Part shown: in pieces, positions 6,595 through 15,778 of the stretch | Layout of the letters: each line of letters opens with the position of its first letter | How positions within the stretch are numbered: the first letter of the stretch is position 1 | Source: a virus | Taxonomy: Duplodnaviria; Caudoviricetes | Length of the DNA: 30,597 bases | IMG/VR virus record: IMGVR_UViG_3300020042_006438 | Coordinates: 1 to 30,597 of that record | Reading direction: 5' to 3' (one strand) | Translations under genes and position numbers: made by a program | Notes under the pieces: model-generated | The model's database searches: none | What the model was told of the DNA's origin: nothing | The model's input: only the letters and a program-made list of their open reading frames with translations

Positions 6595-8787
6595 ATGGCT
6601 GATGACAAACTAAAAACGGCGTTAGAGTTATTTGAATTAGTGGAAAATGCGGAGTCAGATAACCGTATTGCAGCACTCGACGACCTGAAATTCGCACGCC
6701 TTGGCGAGCAGTGGCCGGAAGAAATGAAGCGCAAACGCATGCTAGAGAATCGGCCATGTTTAACGATCAATAAAATGCCGTCATTCATTCGCCAAGTTGT
6801 CAATGATGGGCGATTGAATAAACCTGCGATTAAAGTGCATCCCGCTGACGATAGCGCCGACGTTAAAACAGCCGAAATTATCAACGGTATTATTCGGAAT
6901 ATCGAAGTCACGAGCAATGCTGATGTAGCGTATGACACGGGGCTAGAGTATTCAGTCACGATGGGATTTGGGTATTGGCGCGTTTCTGCTGATTACGCGC
7001 ACAACGACACATTCTATCAAGATTTAAAAATTGACCGCATTGCTAATCCGTTTTCGGTTTATGGTGATCCATTTTCTAAAGGCGCTGACTCAAGCGATTG
7101 GAATGATGCGTTTATTACTGACCTCATCCCAAAAAAGATATATGAAAAGAAGTACAAAGGCGCTGACAAAGTAGACTGGAGTATCGGCGCATATGCAGAC
7201 ATGCCCGTGAGCTGGAAAGACGGCGAAAATGTTTTAGTCGCGGAGTGGTGGTCACGCGATGAAGTCAAAGAAAAAATATTAAGGCTATCGAATAATTTAG
7301 TTATTAAAGAAAGTCTGTATCTAAAAAAAATAGATGGGCTTTCTCAGAAAGATATTCTAGACGCGCAAGGCATAACTGTTATTGGTGATCGCGAAACGCG
7401 CAGCTACAAAGTTAAGCAACGTATTATGACTGGCGCTGAAGTACTAGAAGAAAACGAATGGCCTGGCATGTATATACCGATTGTTGCGGTGTATGGTGAG
7501 GACATTAACGTCGAAGGAAAGCGGTATTTGCGCTCTTTAATTCGTGACGCAAAAGACCCGCAAACGATGTTTAACTACTGGCGTACATGTAGTACTGAGT
7601 TAGTCGCATTAGCGCCAAAAACGCCATTTATTGGCCCCGTTGGCGCGTTTGAAACGGATGTGGATAAATGGCAAAGCGCGAACACTGATACGCATGCGTT
7701 TATTGAATATGATTTGGTCGATGGCAACCCAATTGCCCCTCAGCGCCAATCATTCGCCGGTCCTCCCGCAGGTGCATTACAAGAAGCGTTAAACGCGTCG
7801 GATGACATGAAGTCCGTGATGGGTATTTACGATGCTTCATTAGGTGCAAGAAGTAACGAGACAAGTGGACGTGCAATCGTGGCGCGTCAAAAAGAGGGTG
7901 ACGTTTCAACGTTCCATTTTATTGATAATCAAGCCCGTGCAATTCGTCACACAGGGAAAATACTCATTGATTTGATTCCGCACTATTACAATGATGCGCG
8001 CATTGTTCGCATTATGGGGCCGGATAAAAAACCGCAGAATGTTGCAATTAACCAACCAATTACTGGCCCAGATGGGCAACCGATGCGTGACGAAAATGGT
8101 ATAGAACAAATCTATGATTTAACGGTAGGTAAATACGATCTTACCGTTGAAACCGGCCCAAGTTTCAGCACAAAACGGGAAGAGGCGGCATATCAAATGA
8201 CTGAGTTTATCCGTGCATTCCCTGCCGCTGCACCGTTGATTGGCGATCTATTAGCTAAGAATCAAGATTGGCCTGACGCTGATGAAGTAGGCCGTCGTTT
8301 GCAAGCTGCATTGCCGCCGCAGGTACAGGGGCAGAATCCGCAATTGCAGGGCATGCAACAACAAATGCAGCAAATGGACGCACAGGCAAAACAGGCTATT
8401 GCAGAGCTACAGAAAAAACTTGCCGATGCTGAAATGAAAGCAAAGAGCGAGGAAAACAGTGACTTGCTTGAGGTTGCAAAAATTAAGATTGATTCGTACA
8501 AAGCAGAGACTGAGCGGTTAAAAATGATGGCCCCTGCATTAGGCCCTCAAGAGATTCAGGCGCTAATTATGCAGACGTTGCAACAAGTACTGCAAACGCC
8601 CGATATCACACCACAAGATCAGCCGCCTATGCAGCCGCCGCCAATGCAGCCTCAACAGAACCCGCCAAGTGCGGGTTTTTTTACGCCTGAGCAGCCGCAA
8701 GGCATGCATCAAATGCCAGACGGTTCAATGATGCCCGATGCGATGATGCCACAAATGCCACAACAGCCGGAACAGCCGTTACAATAA
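6595..8787 (+). CDS. Portal protein, P22 gp1-like
   Basis: 'GEQWP', 'RPCLTINK', 'SNETSGRAI.ARQ', 'GKYDLTVETGPSF.TKR', C-terminal coiled coil; follows terL. Confidence 0.95.
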   Translation: MADDKLKTALELFELVENAESDNRIAALDDLKFARLGEQWPEEMKRKRMLENRPCLTINKMPSFIRQVVNDGRLNKPAIKVHPADDSADVKTAEIINGIIRNIEVTSNADVAYDTGLEYSVTMGFGYWRVSADYAHNDTFYQDLKIDRIANPFSVYGDPFSKGADSSDWNDAFITDLIPKKIYEKKYKGADKVDWSIGAYADMPVSWKDGENVLVAEWWSRDEVKEKILRLSNNLVIKESLYLKKIDGLSQKDILDAQGITVIGDRETRSYKVKQRIMTGAEVLEENEWPGMYIPIVAVYGEDINVEGKRYLRSLIRDAKDPQTMFNYWRTCSTELVALAPKTPFIGPVGAFETDVDKWQSANTDTHAFIEYDLVDGNPIAPQRQSFAGPPAGALQEALNASDDMKSVMGIYDASLGARSNETSGRAIVARQKEGDVSTFHFIDNQARAIRHTGKILIDLIPHYYNDARIVRIMGPDKKPQNVAINQPITGPDGQPMRDENGIEQIYDLTVGKYDLTVETGPSFSTKREEAAYQMTEFIRAFPAAAPLIGDLLAKNQDWPDADEVGRRLQAALPPQVQGQNPQLQGMQQQMQQMDAQAKQAIAELQKKLADAEMKAKSEENSDLLEVAKIKIDSYKAETERLKMMAPALGPQEIQALIMQTLQQVLQTPDITPQDQPPMQPPPMQPQQNPPSAGFFTPEQPQGMHQMPDGSMMPDAMMPQMPQQPEQPLQ
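8659..8682 (+). terminator. Terminator-like hairpin inside the portal CDS
   Basis: AACCCGC-CAAGT-GCGGG-T7. Confidence 0.65.
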
Positions 8788-8790
8788 CTA

Positions 8791-8811
8791 TTCACCAACC
8801 GTTGGGAGTGA
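8791..8811 (+). repeat. Leader/RBS repeat copy 1 (TTCACCAACCGT..GGAGTGA)
   Basis: 12-bp exact match plus GGAGTGA shared with 9500-9521. Confidence 0.75.
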
Positions 8812-8814
8812 ATA

Positions 8815-9177
8815 ATGGATTTAAAGGAACTGGAAAAACAATGCTTAAATTTTGTTATAACTAAATTAACAGAATTTGGCGTTAAATGTTATTTGGATGA
8901 CGCCAACAATCAATGTTTTGTTGGCTCTGAATTTGTAACTAAAAATGGCAAATCTGTTTTAGCTCAAGAAAAAGGCGCAAGTTACACATTAAACAAAGAT
9001 GATGAAATAAGTTTAAATTGTTTATTGCCTAGCTTATACGGCTTAGTTACCGATATGTCTAATAGCGTTAACAATAAAGATGAAGAAATAAAAATACACT
9101 GCTTAAAAATTGAAGAAAAAAATTCAGAATTTATTTTAAGCGTGATTTATTGGCAATATTTGCCAAAATTAAATTAA
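8815..9177 (+). CDS. AT-rich hypothetical protein (moron-like)
   Basis: 120 aa, RBS GGAG, followed by its own terminator. Confidence 0.7.
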   Translation: MDLKELEKQCLNFVITKLTEFGVKCYLDDANNQCFVGSEFVTKNGKSVLAQEKGASYTLNKDDEISLNCLLPSLYGLVTDMSNSVNNKDEEIKIHCLKIEEKNSEFILSVIYWQYLPKLN

Positions 9178-9196
9178 AAAAATTAACAAATTAACT

Positions 9197-9220
9197 AAGC
9201 CGCCTAAAGCGGCTTTTTTT
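9197..9220 (+). terminator. Intrinsic terminator
   Basis: AAGCCGC-CTAAA-GCGGC-T7. Confidence 0.8.
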
Positions 9221-9230
9221 ACGTCCAAAA

Positions 9231-9452
9231 ATGAACGCACTTCAATTCTTAATCTCATTACGCCCTGCAATACCAATGAGCGCAGAGCGCCCAGGCACAC
9301 AAACATCCAACAGTGAGCTACGCCGATGGATGGCAAACGGGGCAGTGATATTTAACGGGAATAAGTTACGCGCTGAAGATGAGATCGAGTGCGAATGTAA
9401 AAGCCTCGTGTTTTTTCCTAAGTCTGAATTGAGAAAAACGACACTGTATTAA
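9231..9452 (+). CDS. Small S4-like RNA-binding protein
   Basis: 'SNSELRRWMANGAVIFNG' fits the S4 alpha-L motif (S.SEARRLI..GAV.ING). Confidence 0.6.
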   Translation: MNALQFLISLRPAIPMSAERPGTQTSNSELRRWMANGAVIFNGNKLRAEDEIECECKSLVFFPKSELRKTTLY

Positions 9453-9470
9453 TTATTGATTTAACCAACC

Positions 9471-9497
9471 AAGCCACTCTTTGTAGTGGCTTTTTTT
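9471..9497 (+). terminator. Intrinsic terminator
   Basis: AAGCCACT-CTTTGT-AGTGGC-T7. Confidence 0.8.
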
Positions 9498-9499
9498 AT

Positions 9500-9521
9500 T
9501 TCACCAACCGTAATGGAGTGA
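9500..9521 (+). repeat. Leader/RBS repeat copy 2 (scaffold leader)
   Basis: TTCACCAACCGT-AAT-GGAGTGA before the scaffold ATG. Confidence 0.75.
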
Positions 9522-9524
9522 GTT

Positions 9525-10439
9525 ATGACAGAAGAAACGACCAACCAAGAAGCCGCGCCCGTAGAAGTAGTTGACACGTTTGACTACGGCAATGCAGCAG
9601 AGGGAGTCGATAACGAATCGGTCGAGGCGGTAGAACCGACTGATGCAACCAATGAAGCAACTGAAGAAGCCGAAAGCGAAGTAGCGCAAGAGGATTTAAC
9701 AGCCGCTGAATTAGAGGAAATTGAGTATGAGGGCGCGCAACATAAAGTACCCAAACAACTCAAAGACGCAATTATGCGTCACGCAGATTACACGCGCAAA
9801 ACGCAAGAAGTCGCAGAGCAACGTAAGGCACTGGAAACAAAAGCGCAAGCCATCGAACAACAAGCCGAGCTAGCGAATGCATCTATTGAAGAACGCGCGG
9901 CGTTAATGGCAGTAAATCATCGCCTTCAGCAATTTCAACAAGTTGATTGGAATGATTTAAACGCTAACGACCCAGTAACAGCGCAAAAACTATGGTTTGA
10001 GCGCACGCAATTGGTCGAAGCACAAGGGATGATTCAATCCAAACTAACGCAAAAAGAACAGCAATTTGCACGCGAAAAAGAACAAAAAGCATCTGAAGCG
10101 CAGCAGTCCACTGCCAAGCAAATCAGGGAATGTTTTGACGTTGTAGTGCGTGACATTAAAGGCTGGTCACCCGAAATGGGGAAGGCATTAACGAAAACTG
10201 GAATTGATCTTGGCTTCTCAGACGAGGAACTGTCCAAGGTTCACGACCCGCGTTTCATCAAGTTATTGCATAAAGCCCATATCGCTGAACAGCTTCTAAA
10301 AAAACAAGTTTCTCCGCCTCCTAAGCCTGTACCAAAGCCATTGCCGCAAGTAAGTGGTAGTAGTGCGCCGGTGAAAAAAACACCGTCGGACATGACAATG
10401 GACGAGTACGCAAAGTGGCGAAGATCGCAACGAAAATAA
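9525..10439 (+). CDS. Scaffolding protein
   Basis: Acidic N-terminus, 'DYTRKTQ' motif, coiled coil, C-terminal 'MTMDEYAKWR'; precedes the coat gene. Confidence 0.9.
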   Translation: MTEETTNQEAAPVEVVDTFDYGNAAEGVDNESVEAVEPTDATNEATEEAESEVAQEDLTAAELEEIEYEGAQHKVPKQLKDAIMRHADYTRKTQEVAEQRKALETKAQAIEQQAELANASIEERAALMAVNHRLQQFQQVDWNDLNANDPVTAQKLWFERTQLVEAQGMIQSKLTQKEQQFAREKEQKASEAQQSTAKQIRECFDVVVRDIKGWSPEMGKALTKTGIDLGFSDEELSKVHDPRFIKLLHKAHIAEQLLKKQVSPPPKPVPKPLPQVSGSSAPVKKTPSDMTMDEYAKWRRSQRK

Positions 10440-10462
10440 ACATTTAAGAAAGTTAAATTAAT

Positions 10463-11647
10463 ATGAATTCACTTATTACACCTGACATTATCACAAAAGA
10501 ATCGCTGATAATTCTGCACGAAAAAATCCCGTTCATTAGTTCTATAAATAGGCAATATGACGATCAGTTTGCAAAAACTGGCGCAAAAATTGGTTCTAGC
10601 TTACGCATTCGTTTGCCTAACCAATACACGGTACGCACTGGCAAAACAGCGCAAGTGCAAGACACCGCAGAAAACACGGTAGCAATGACAATGGCAACGC
10701 AAAAAGGCGTTGATCTTGGCTTTTCTTCTGTAGATTTGACATTGACAATTGACGACTTTAAAAAGCGTTACATTGAGCCTGCGATGTCTGCATTAGCTGC
10801 CGATATTGAAGCTGATGCAATTCAGTCGATGACGAAAGATGTGTATAACCAAGTAGGCACAGCAGGCACTACCCCTGCATCTATGCTGGTATTTGGACAA
10901 GCGCGTCAAAAGTTAAACGAGTATTTAACGCCTAAAGACAAGCGTCGTCGTGTTCAGGTCGATTCTGCGACTATGGCCTCAATGACCGATGCGTTTAAGG
11001 GCTTGTACCAGTCTAGCGCAGCGATTGATAAGCAATATATGGAGGGCTACATTACGCACCAAGGCGGTTTTGATTGGTACGAAAACGAATCCATATACTC
11101 GCATACCAATGGCGCTGACGTAACAGGAATTACCGTCAATGACACCGTAGTTTCCGGTGATTCTACAATGACGATCGCTGGTGCATCTGGTGCGCCTACT
11201 GTTGGTAGTGTATTCACTGTTGCCGGTGTCTATGCAGTTCATCCTGAAACAAAACGTGCTTACAGTCATTTGCAACAATTCGTTGTAACTTCTACTGTAA
11301 CGCCAACCACAACCGATATTTCGTTCTCACCAGCGATGATTTCTAGTGGCGCATTGCAAAACGTTACAGCATTGCCTGCTAACGGCGCGGCGCTGGTATT
11401 TACCGGCGCGGCTGCAACATCTTACGGCCAAGATTTGGCATATCACGAAGATGCATTCTCATTCGTGTCCGCTGACTTGGAAGTGCCAAAAGGTGTGGAT
11501 ATGGCATCGGTAAATCGTTTTGAAGGTATTTCGATGCGCTTTATTCGTCAATACGATGCAGTAAATGACGATTACATTAACCGTCTTGATGTGCTTTACG
11601 GGTTTAAGACAATTCGTCCGCAGCTTGCTGTCAGAATTACTAAATGA
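10463..11647 (+). CDS. Major capsid protein, P22 gp5-like
   Basis: 'NRQYDDQFAKTGAKIGSSLRIRLP', 'RLDVLYGFKTIRP'; size and position. Confidence 0.95.
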   Translation: MNSLITPDIITKESLIILHEKIPFISSINRQYDDQFAKTGAKIGSSLRIRLPNQYTVRTGKTAQVQDTAENTVAMTMATQKGVDLGFSSVDLTLTIDDFKKRYIEPAMSALAADIEADAIQSMTKDVYNQVGTAGTTPASMLVFGQARQKLNEYLTPKDKRRRVQVDSATMASMTDAFKGLYQSSAAIDKQYMEGYITHQGGFDWYENESIYSHTNGADVTGITVNDTVVSGDSTMTIAGASGAPTVGSVFTVAGVYAVHPETKRAYSHLQQFVVTSTVTPTTTDISFSPAMISSGALQNVTALPANGAALVFTGAAATSYGQDLAYHEDAFSFVSADLEVPKGVDMASVNRFEGISMRFIRQYDAVNDDYINRLDVLYGFKTIRPQLAVRITK

Positions 11648-12284
11648 GTAAATTCTTTTGAGTTGGGGTTGTCATTGCTTTTTCGGGTGACCACCCTTGT
11701 ATAAATACTCTTTCTCTTAATAGGTGATAAGAAATTCCTGAAATTTCAGCCCATTCACCTATGCATTTTGTTTGCCCGTTGTAAGTCATGAAAATATTTG
11801 ACGATTTGTTTCTGGCTTGTATTTTTTTAGTGGCCCAACGACAATTTTCTTTGTAGTAGCCTTTGTCGTTGTCTACTCTGTCTAGTTGAAGCCCTTTGTT
11901 ATAACCATTTGACATATCCTTAATAAATACGGCTGGATCGTGCCATTCCTGACAAACAGTAATGCCGCGCCCTCCGTATCTGGAATATCTCTTGTTTTTA
12001 GGTTTATAGCATCGCTCCATCATGCCAGACCAAACACTAAATAGCGGATGATTCCAGCAACCATGTTTAGTCACGCGTTCTTTGTGTAAGCAGCCGCAAC
12101 TCTTAATTTCTCCATTTCGCATACCGCCTAATGGAACATAACGAGGATTGCTGCCGCATTCGCATTGGCATAGTGCGTGATAATGGTAGGTTCCTTCAAT
12201 TTTGTGGGTACTAATTACTGTATATCTTCCATATTTATCGCCAGGTTTAACAATTTTGCTAAGCCAAGGAATCATTTTTTTCAT
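11640..12284 (-). CDS. Free-standing HNH-type homing endonuclease
   Basis: 'YGGRGITVCQEW', 'LDRVDNDKGYYKENCRWAT', N-terminal CQCECG/SCGC, C-terminal HTH; start 12284 preferred because the longer track ORF runs through a terminator. Confidence 0.88.
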   Translation of the reverse strand: MKKMIPWLSKIVKPGDKYGRYTVISTHKIEGTYHYHALCQCECGSNPRYVPLGGMRNGEIKSCGCLHKERVTKHGCWNHPLFSVWSGMMERCYKPKNKRYSRYGGRGITVCQEWHDPAVFIKDMSNGYNKGLQLDRVDNDKGYYKENCRWATKKIQARNKSSNIFMTYNGQTKCIGEWAEISGISYHLLRERVFIQGWSPEKAMTTPTQKNLLI

Positions 12285-12339
12285 GTCGGTTCCGGTAAGT
12301 TTTAACATAATTTTATGTAAGGCCGGATTACCAATTAAC

Positions 12340-12362
12340 AAGCGCCAATGGCGCTTTTTTTT
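12340..12362 (+). terminator. Intrinsic terminator (presumed original coat terminator)
   Basis: AAGCGCC-AAT-GGCGC-T8. Confidence 0.8.
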
Positions 12363-12384
12363 CATCTAAAGAAAAGGAAATACT

Positions 12385-12678
12385 ATGCCTAATCCATGCG
12401 TAATTGGTGACGGTCGTCCCGATGGTTCTACATTTGGGGCATCCACTACTGAACTCGTTTCATTTTACGGCGTTACCCCAGTAGCGCAACGTGCTGGCGC
12501 TGACCAAGTCGCTATCACAGCAGCAGCAGGAACCAAGATCGGCACTGGCATTTTAGCTGATGGTACTGCCACTTATTCGCAAACTATCACGAACAACAAC
12601 AATGCAACGATCGCCGCTGCATTGTCAGAAATTCGTGCCGCATTAGTCGCATTAGGTGCGATTAAAGGTTCAGCGTAA
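12385..12678 (+). CDS. Small virion protein, possible capsid decoration/head fibre
   Basis: 97 aa, C-terminal 'IRAALVALGAIKGSA'; RBS AAGGA; follows coat. Confidence 0.7.
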   Translation: MPNPCVIGDGRPDGSTFGASTTELVSFYGVTPVAQRAGADQVAITAAAGTKIGTGILADGTATYSQTITNNNNATIAAALSEIRAALVALGAIKGSA

Positions 12679-12684
12679 TTAATT

Positions 12685-12711
12685 GGGGCGGCTTCAGTCG
12701 CCCTATTTTTT
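12685..12711 (+). terminator. Terminator-like hairpin
   Basis: GGGGCGGC-TTCA-GTCGCCCT then ATTTTTT. Confidence 0.5.
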
Positions 12712-12721
12712 AGGGGTAAAA

Positions 12722-12925
12722 ATGATCTGGTTAAAACATGATATTCATGGCGTAAAGCAATGCTACGTTGAAAGTGAAGCACTCACTGATGAAAAAAATG
12801 GATGGGTTCGTTTTGAGCCAACAATTGCCAACCCAATAGTAGAAAAAGAAGTCACGCTATTAGACGATATAGAGCAATTAGACGATGCACCAAAAAAACG
12901 TGGTCGCCCATTTAAGGTCGAATAA
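12722..12925 (+). CDS. Small protein with C-terminal AT-hook-like 'KKRGRP'
   Basis: ATG12722 with RBS AGGGG; TAATG overlap with the adaptor gene. Confidence 0.7.
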   Translation: MIWLKHDIHGVKQCYVESEALTDEKNGWVRFEPTIANPIVEKEVTLLDDIEQLDDAPKKRGRPFKVE

Positions 12926-13569
12926 TGTTCAGCACTTACAGCGAATTACAAGATGAAATAGCAAATTGGATTCGTAGGGATATCGACCGTATTCCAATAT
13001 TTATTGGTTTGGCAGAATCTGAATTTAACCGCGTGCTTCGATTACGCACGATGGAAACGGACAATGCATTATCCCTGGTATCAGGTTCAAGAACAGTTGC
13101 TATTCCCGATAATTATATTGAACCGATTTCGTTGCGTTTAGTAATCCCAGGTGAACCGCAGCACGTCCTCACGCCGCGTATGCCGCAACAACTCGATATT
13201 TTAACGGGCACGACAGCAAGTCGCCGTCCTGAATATTGGGCGATTAACGGTGCAAATATTGAATTTCCTAATGCAGCAGATCAAACCTATGGCCTGTCAT
13301 TTAGGATGGTAACAGGCTTCGCCTTATCTGATGCTACGCCTACAAATTGGCTTCTTACTCATCATCCTGACCTGTACTTGTACGGCGCTTTACTAAGAGC
13401 GGCACCATATCTCGTCAATGATGCACGCATTCCGGTATGGCAAATGATGTATAGCCAATCGCTTAAACAAGTACAGCAAAACGCGTCTAAATCACGCTCA
13501 ATTTCCTCTTTAGTGACCGATATGCCAATAGCGCGACGCGGTGCATATAACGTTTATTCGGATGATTAA
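12925..13569 (+). CDS. Head-tail adaptor protein
   Basis: 'IPIFIGLAESEFNRVLR', 'TNWLLTHHPDLYLYGAL'; position. Confidence 0.8.
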   Translation: MFSTYSELQDEIANWIRRDIDRIPIFIGLAESEFNRVLRLRTMETDNALSLVSGSRTVAIPDNYIEPISLRLVIPGEPQHVLTPRMPQQLDILTGTTASRRPEYWAINGANIEFPNAADQTYGLSFRMVTGFALSDATPTNWLLTHHPDLYLYGALLRAAPYLVNDARIPVWQMMYSQSLKQVQQNASKSRSISSLVTDMPIARRGAYNVYSDD

Positions 13570-13571
13570 CA

Positions 13572-15236
13572 ATGCCAATTGAAAACGCAACATACGTCAA
13601 TGATCTAGTTCCCACGAACCCGCTAGGCACTGATGGCGCGGACACATTAGATCAGCATGACCGATTAGTTAAATTAGCGGTAAAACAATCGTTCCCAGGT
13701 TTTACTGGTGCGATTGTTGTTGGCGGCACGACTAGCGGCTTAGTGAATGCTTATACGCTATCACCGACCACAGCATTGCCTTCCTATGTTGAAAATATGA
13801 TGGTGGTATGTGAATTTCATCTTGCCAATACAGGTGCGGCAACAATTAATATTTCAAGTCTTGGCGCTAAAACAATTAAGACGGTATCAGGTGAAAATGT
13901 CACCTCAGCAGATTTATTGGGAAGCCGATACACCGCACTTGTCTACGACGGCACAAACTTCCAGCTATTAGCAGTCACAAAGAATTACGTTGATCAATTG
14001 GTATTTGAACCCGTCTTGCCTGCACAGTTTGGCAACGCCGATAAAATGCTGACTACAGACGCAACAAACGCAAGTTGGACTGCATTACTTAAAGCGGCAA
14101 CAATTCGTTTTGCTGATTCTACCGATACAACTAAGCGTTTAGCGTTTAATGTCAGTGGAGTAAGTACGGGCACTACCCGCACAGCAATTGTGCCGGATCG
14201 AAATATCAATCTAGCCGGTGATTTGGATGTTCGTGCAATCACAACAACAGGCACCGTAGGTATTGCGGACATTGGCAAGCTGATTGATTGTACGTCCGGC
14301 ACATTCACACTCACATTTGCAGCAGTTGCCACGCTTGGCGATGAAGCAATGGGGTTTGTTCAAAATACTGGGACAGGCGATGTAACGTTAGATGGGAATG
14401 GCGCAGAAACAATTGACGGCCTGGCGGATTACATCATGTACTCAGGCGAAGTTCGTATGTGGTATGTCGAGGGAGCCTCGATCAAAACTATTGTCCTGAA
14501 CAGTTTTTATAAGACATTTACATCGTCAGGAACATTTACTAAACCGCCTGGGTATCGGCAGTATTCTGGCCTTACTCATGGCGGCGGTGGAAGCGGGGGG
14601 AAATCTGGCACAACGTCTTTTTATGGTTCAGGTGGTGGTGGTGGTGGATGAACCCCTTTTTCTTTTCTAAGTTCAGATTGCAGCGCAACTGCTTCGGTAG
14701 TAATTGGAGCAGGCGGAACTTCTGTGAGTAGTGTGGGCGCTGGTAATGCTGGAGGTACGACGACACTAACACTGACTTCCAGAACAATCTCGGCGTATGG
14801 CGGGGGTGGTGGCGGGGGCAATGGATCGGCAAATTGGTCAGGTGGTGGTGGTGGTGGTATTTTTGGGGTAGGAGGCACAAGCGCTGGCACAGGAAGTAAT
14901 GGCGGTGGTTCGCCAAACGATACAGCATTTGGCGGAGGGCTATCTTTTTCAGGGGGCGCTTCTGCGGTAGCCAGTGTGTATGGCGGCGGCGGCGGCGGTA
15001 ATCAAAGTATAGCGGGTGCAATGTCTTATTTTGGCGGTGGTGGCGGCGGCACTGGAGGCGGTAGCTTTGGCAGCTCTGGCGGCATAAGTATTTTGGCTGG
15101 TGCAGGTGGCGCAGGCTCTGCAACGAGTAACGGCGTGGCGGGTACAGCGCCATCTGGCGGTGGAGGCGGCACAGCTACTGGCACAAACTCAGGAGCTGGG
15201 GCGCGTGGTGAACTTCGTATTTGGGGGCAAGTATGA
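13572..15236 (+). CDS. Gly-rich tail fibre/spike protein, 554 codons, interrupted by an in-frame TGA at 14649-14651
   Basis: Track ORFs 13572-14651 and 14724-15236 share a frame with 24 sense codons between them; the Gly-rich domain spans the stop; ATGA overlap with the next gene at 15233-15236. Confidence 0.8.
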
Positions 15237-15778
15237 GAGCAGCACAACTTAAAGACAATGTAGTTATCAACTACGCAGAAGTAGACGCATTCAATAATGA
15301 ATTCGTTAATCCATTTGATTCTGTTTTAGGTTCAACATGGGATAGTGAAACAGAAACTTTTACTCCCCCCGTTATTGTCATTGATTTACCTACTTTAAAA
15401 ACAGCCGCCATTGCCAAAACTTACGTTGATGTAGACGCGGTTTATCAGGACGCAATTGGCAACCGTGTCAGTGAATACTCAGAAGCGGAAGCCGTGGCAT
15501 TAGCTTACCAAGCAGCAGGCTACACTGGTGAAGTGTCAGAATTTATATCAGCGTTTGCGCTATCTAACCCGACTGGAATTGAGCAGACAAATACATGGGC
15601 AGCCAATGCCATTATTGCACAAGCAGAAGCCATGCGAACCGCTCAATTAGCAATGCGCACTACTCGATTCGATAAGCAAAAGTTAATGCGTGAAGCAACG
15701 ACACAAGCGGAATTAACAACCGCTGTATCAGAGTGGGATACATTTATCACTGCAACACGAACTGCATTAGGTCTATAA
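15233..15778 (+). CDS. Putative tail fibre assembly chaperone
   Basis: Follows the fibre gene with ATGA overlap; 'GSTWDSETETFTPP' then a helical Ala-rich domain. Confidence 0.65.
   Translation: MRAAQLKDNVVINYAEVDAFNNEFVNPFDSVLGSTWDSETETFTPPVIVIDLPTLKTAAIAKTYVDVDAVYQDAIGNRVSEYSEAEAVALAYQAAGYTGEVSEFISAFALSNPTGIEQTNTWAANAIIAQAEAMRTAQLAMRTTRFDKQKLMREATTQAELTTAVSEWDTFITATRTALGL

Noticed and set aside
11648-12323. Group I intron in the coat gene
   Set aside because: The insert is almost entirely HNH coding sequence with no room for a ribozyme core, and the coat has its own stop.
14572-15247. Pro-rich and His/Arg-rich minus-strand ORFs
   Set aside because: Shadows of Gly codon runs in the tail gene; the same applies to the other antisense ORFs within terL, portal, scaffold, coat, fibre, ejection and lysis genes.
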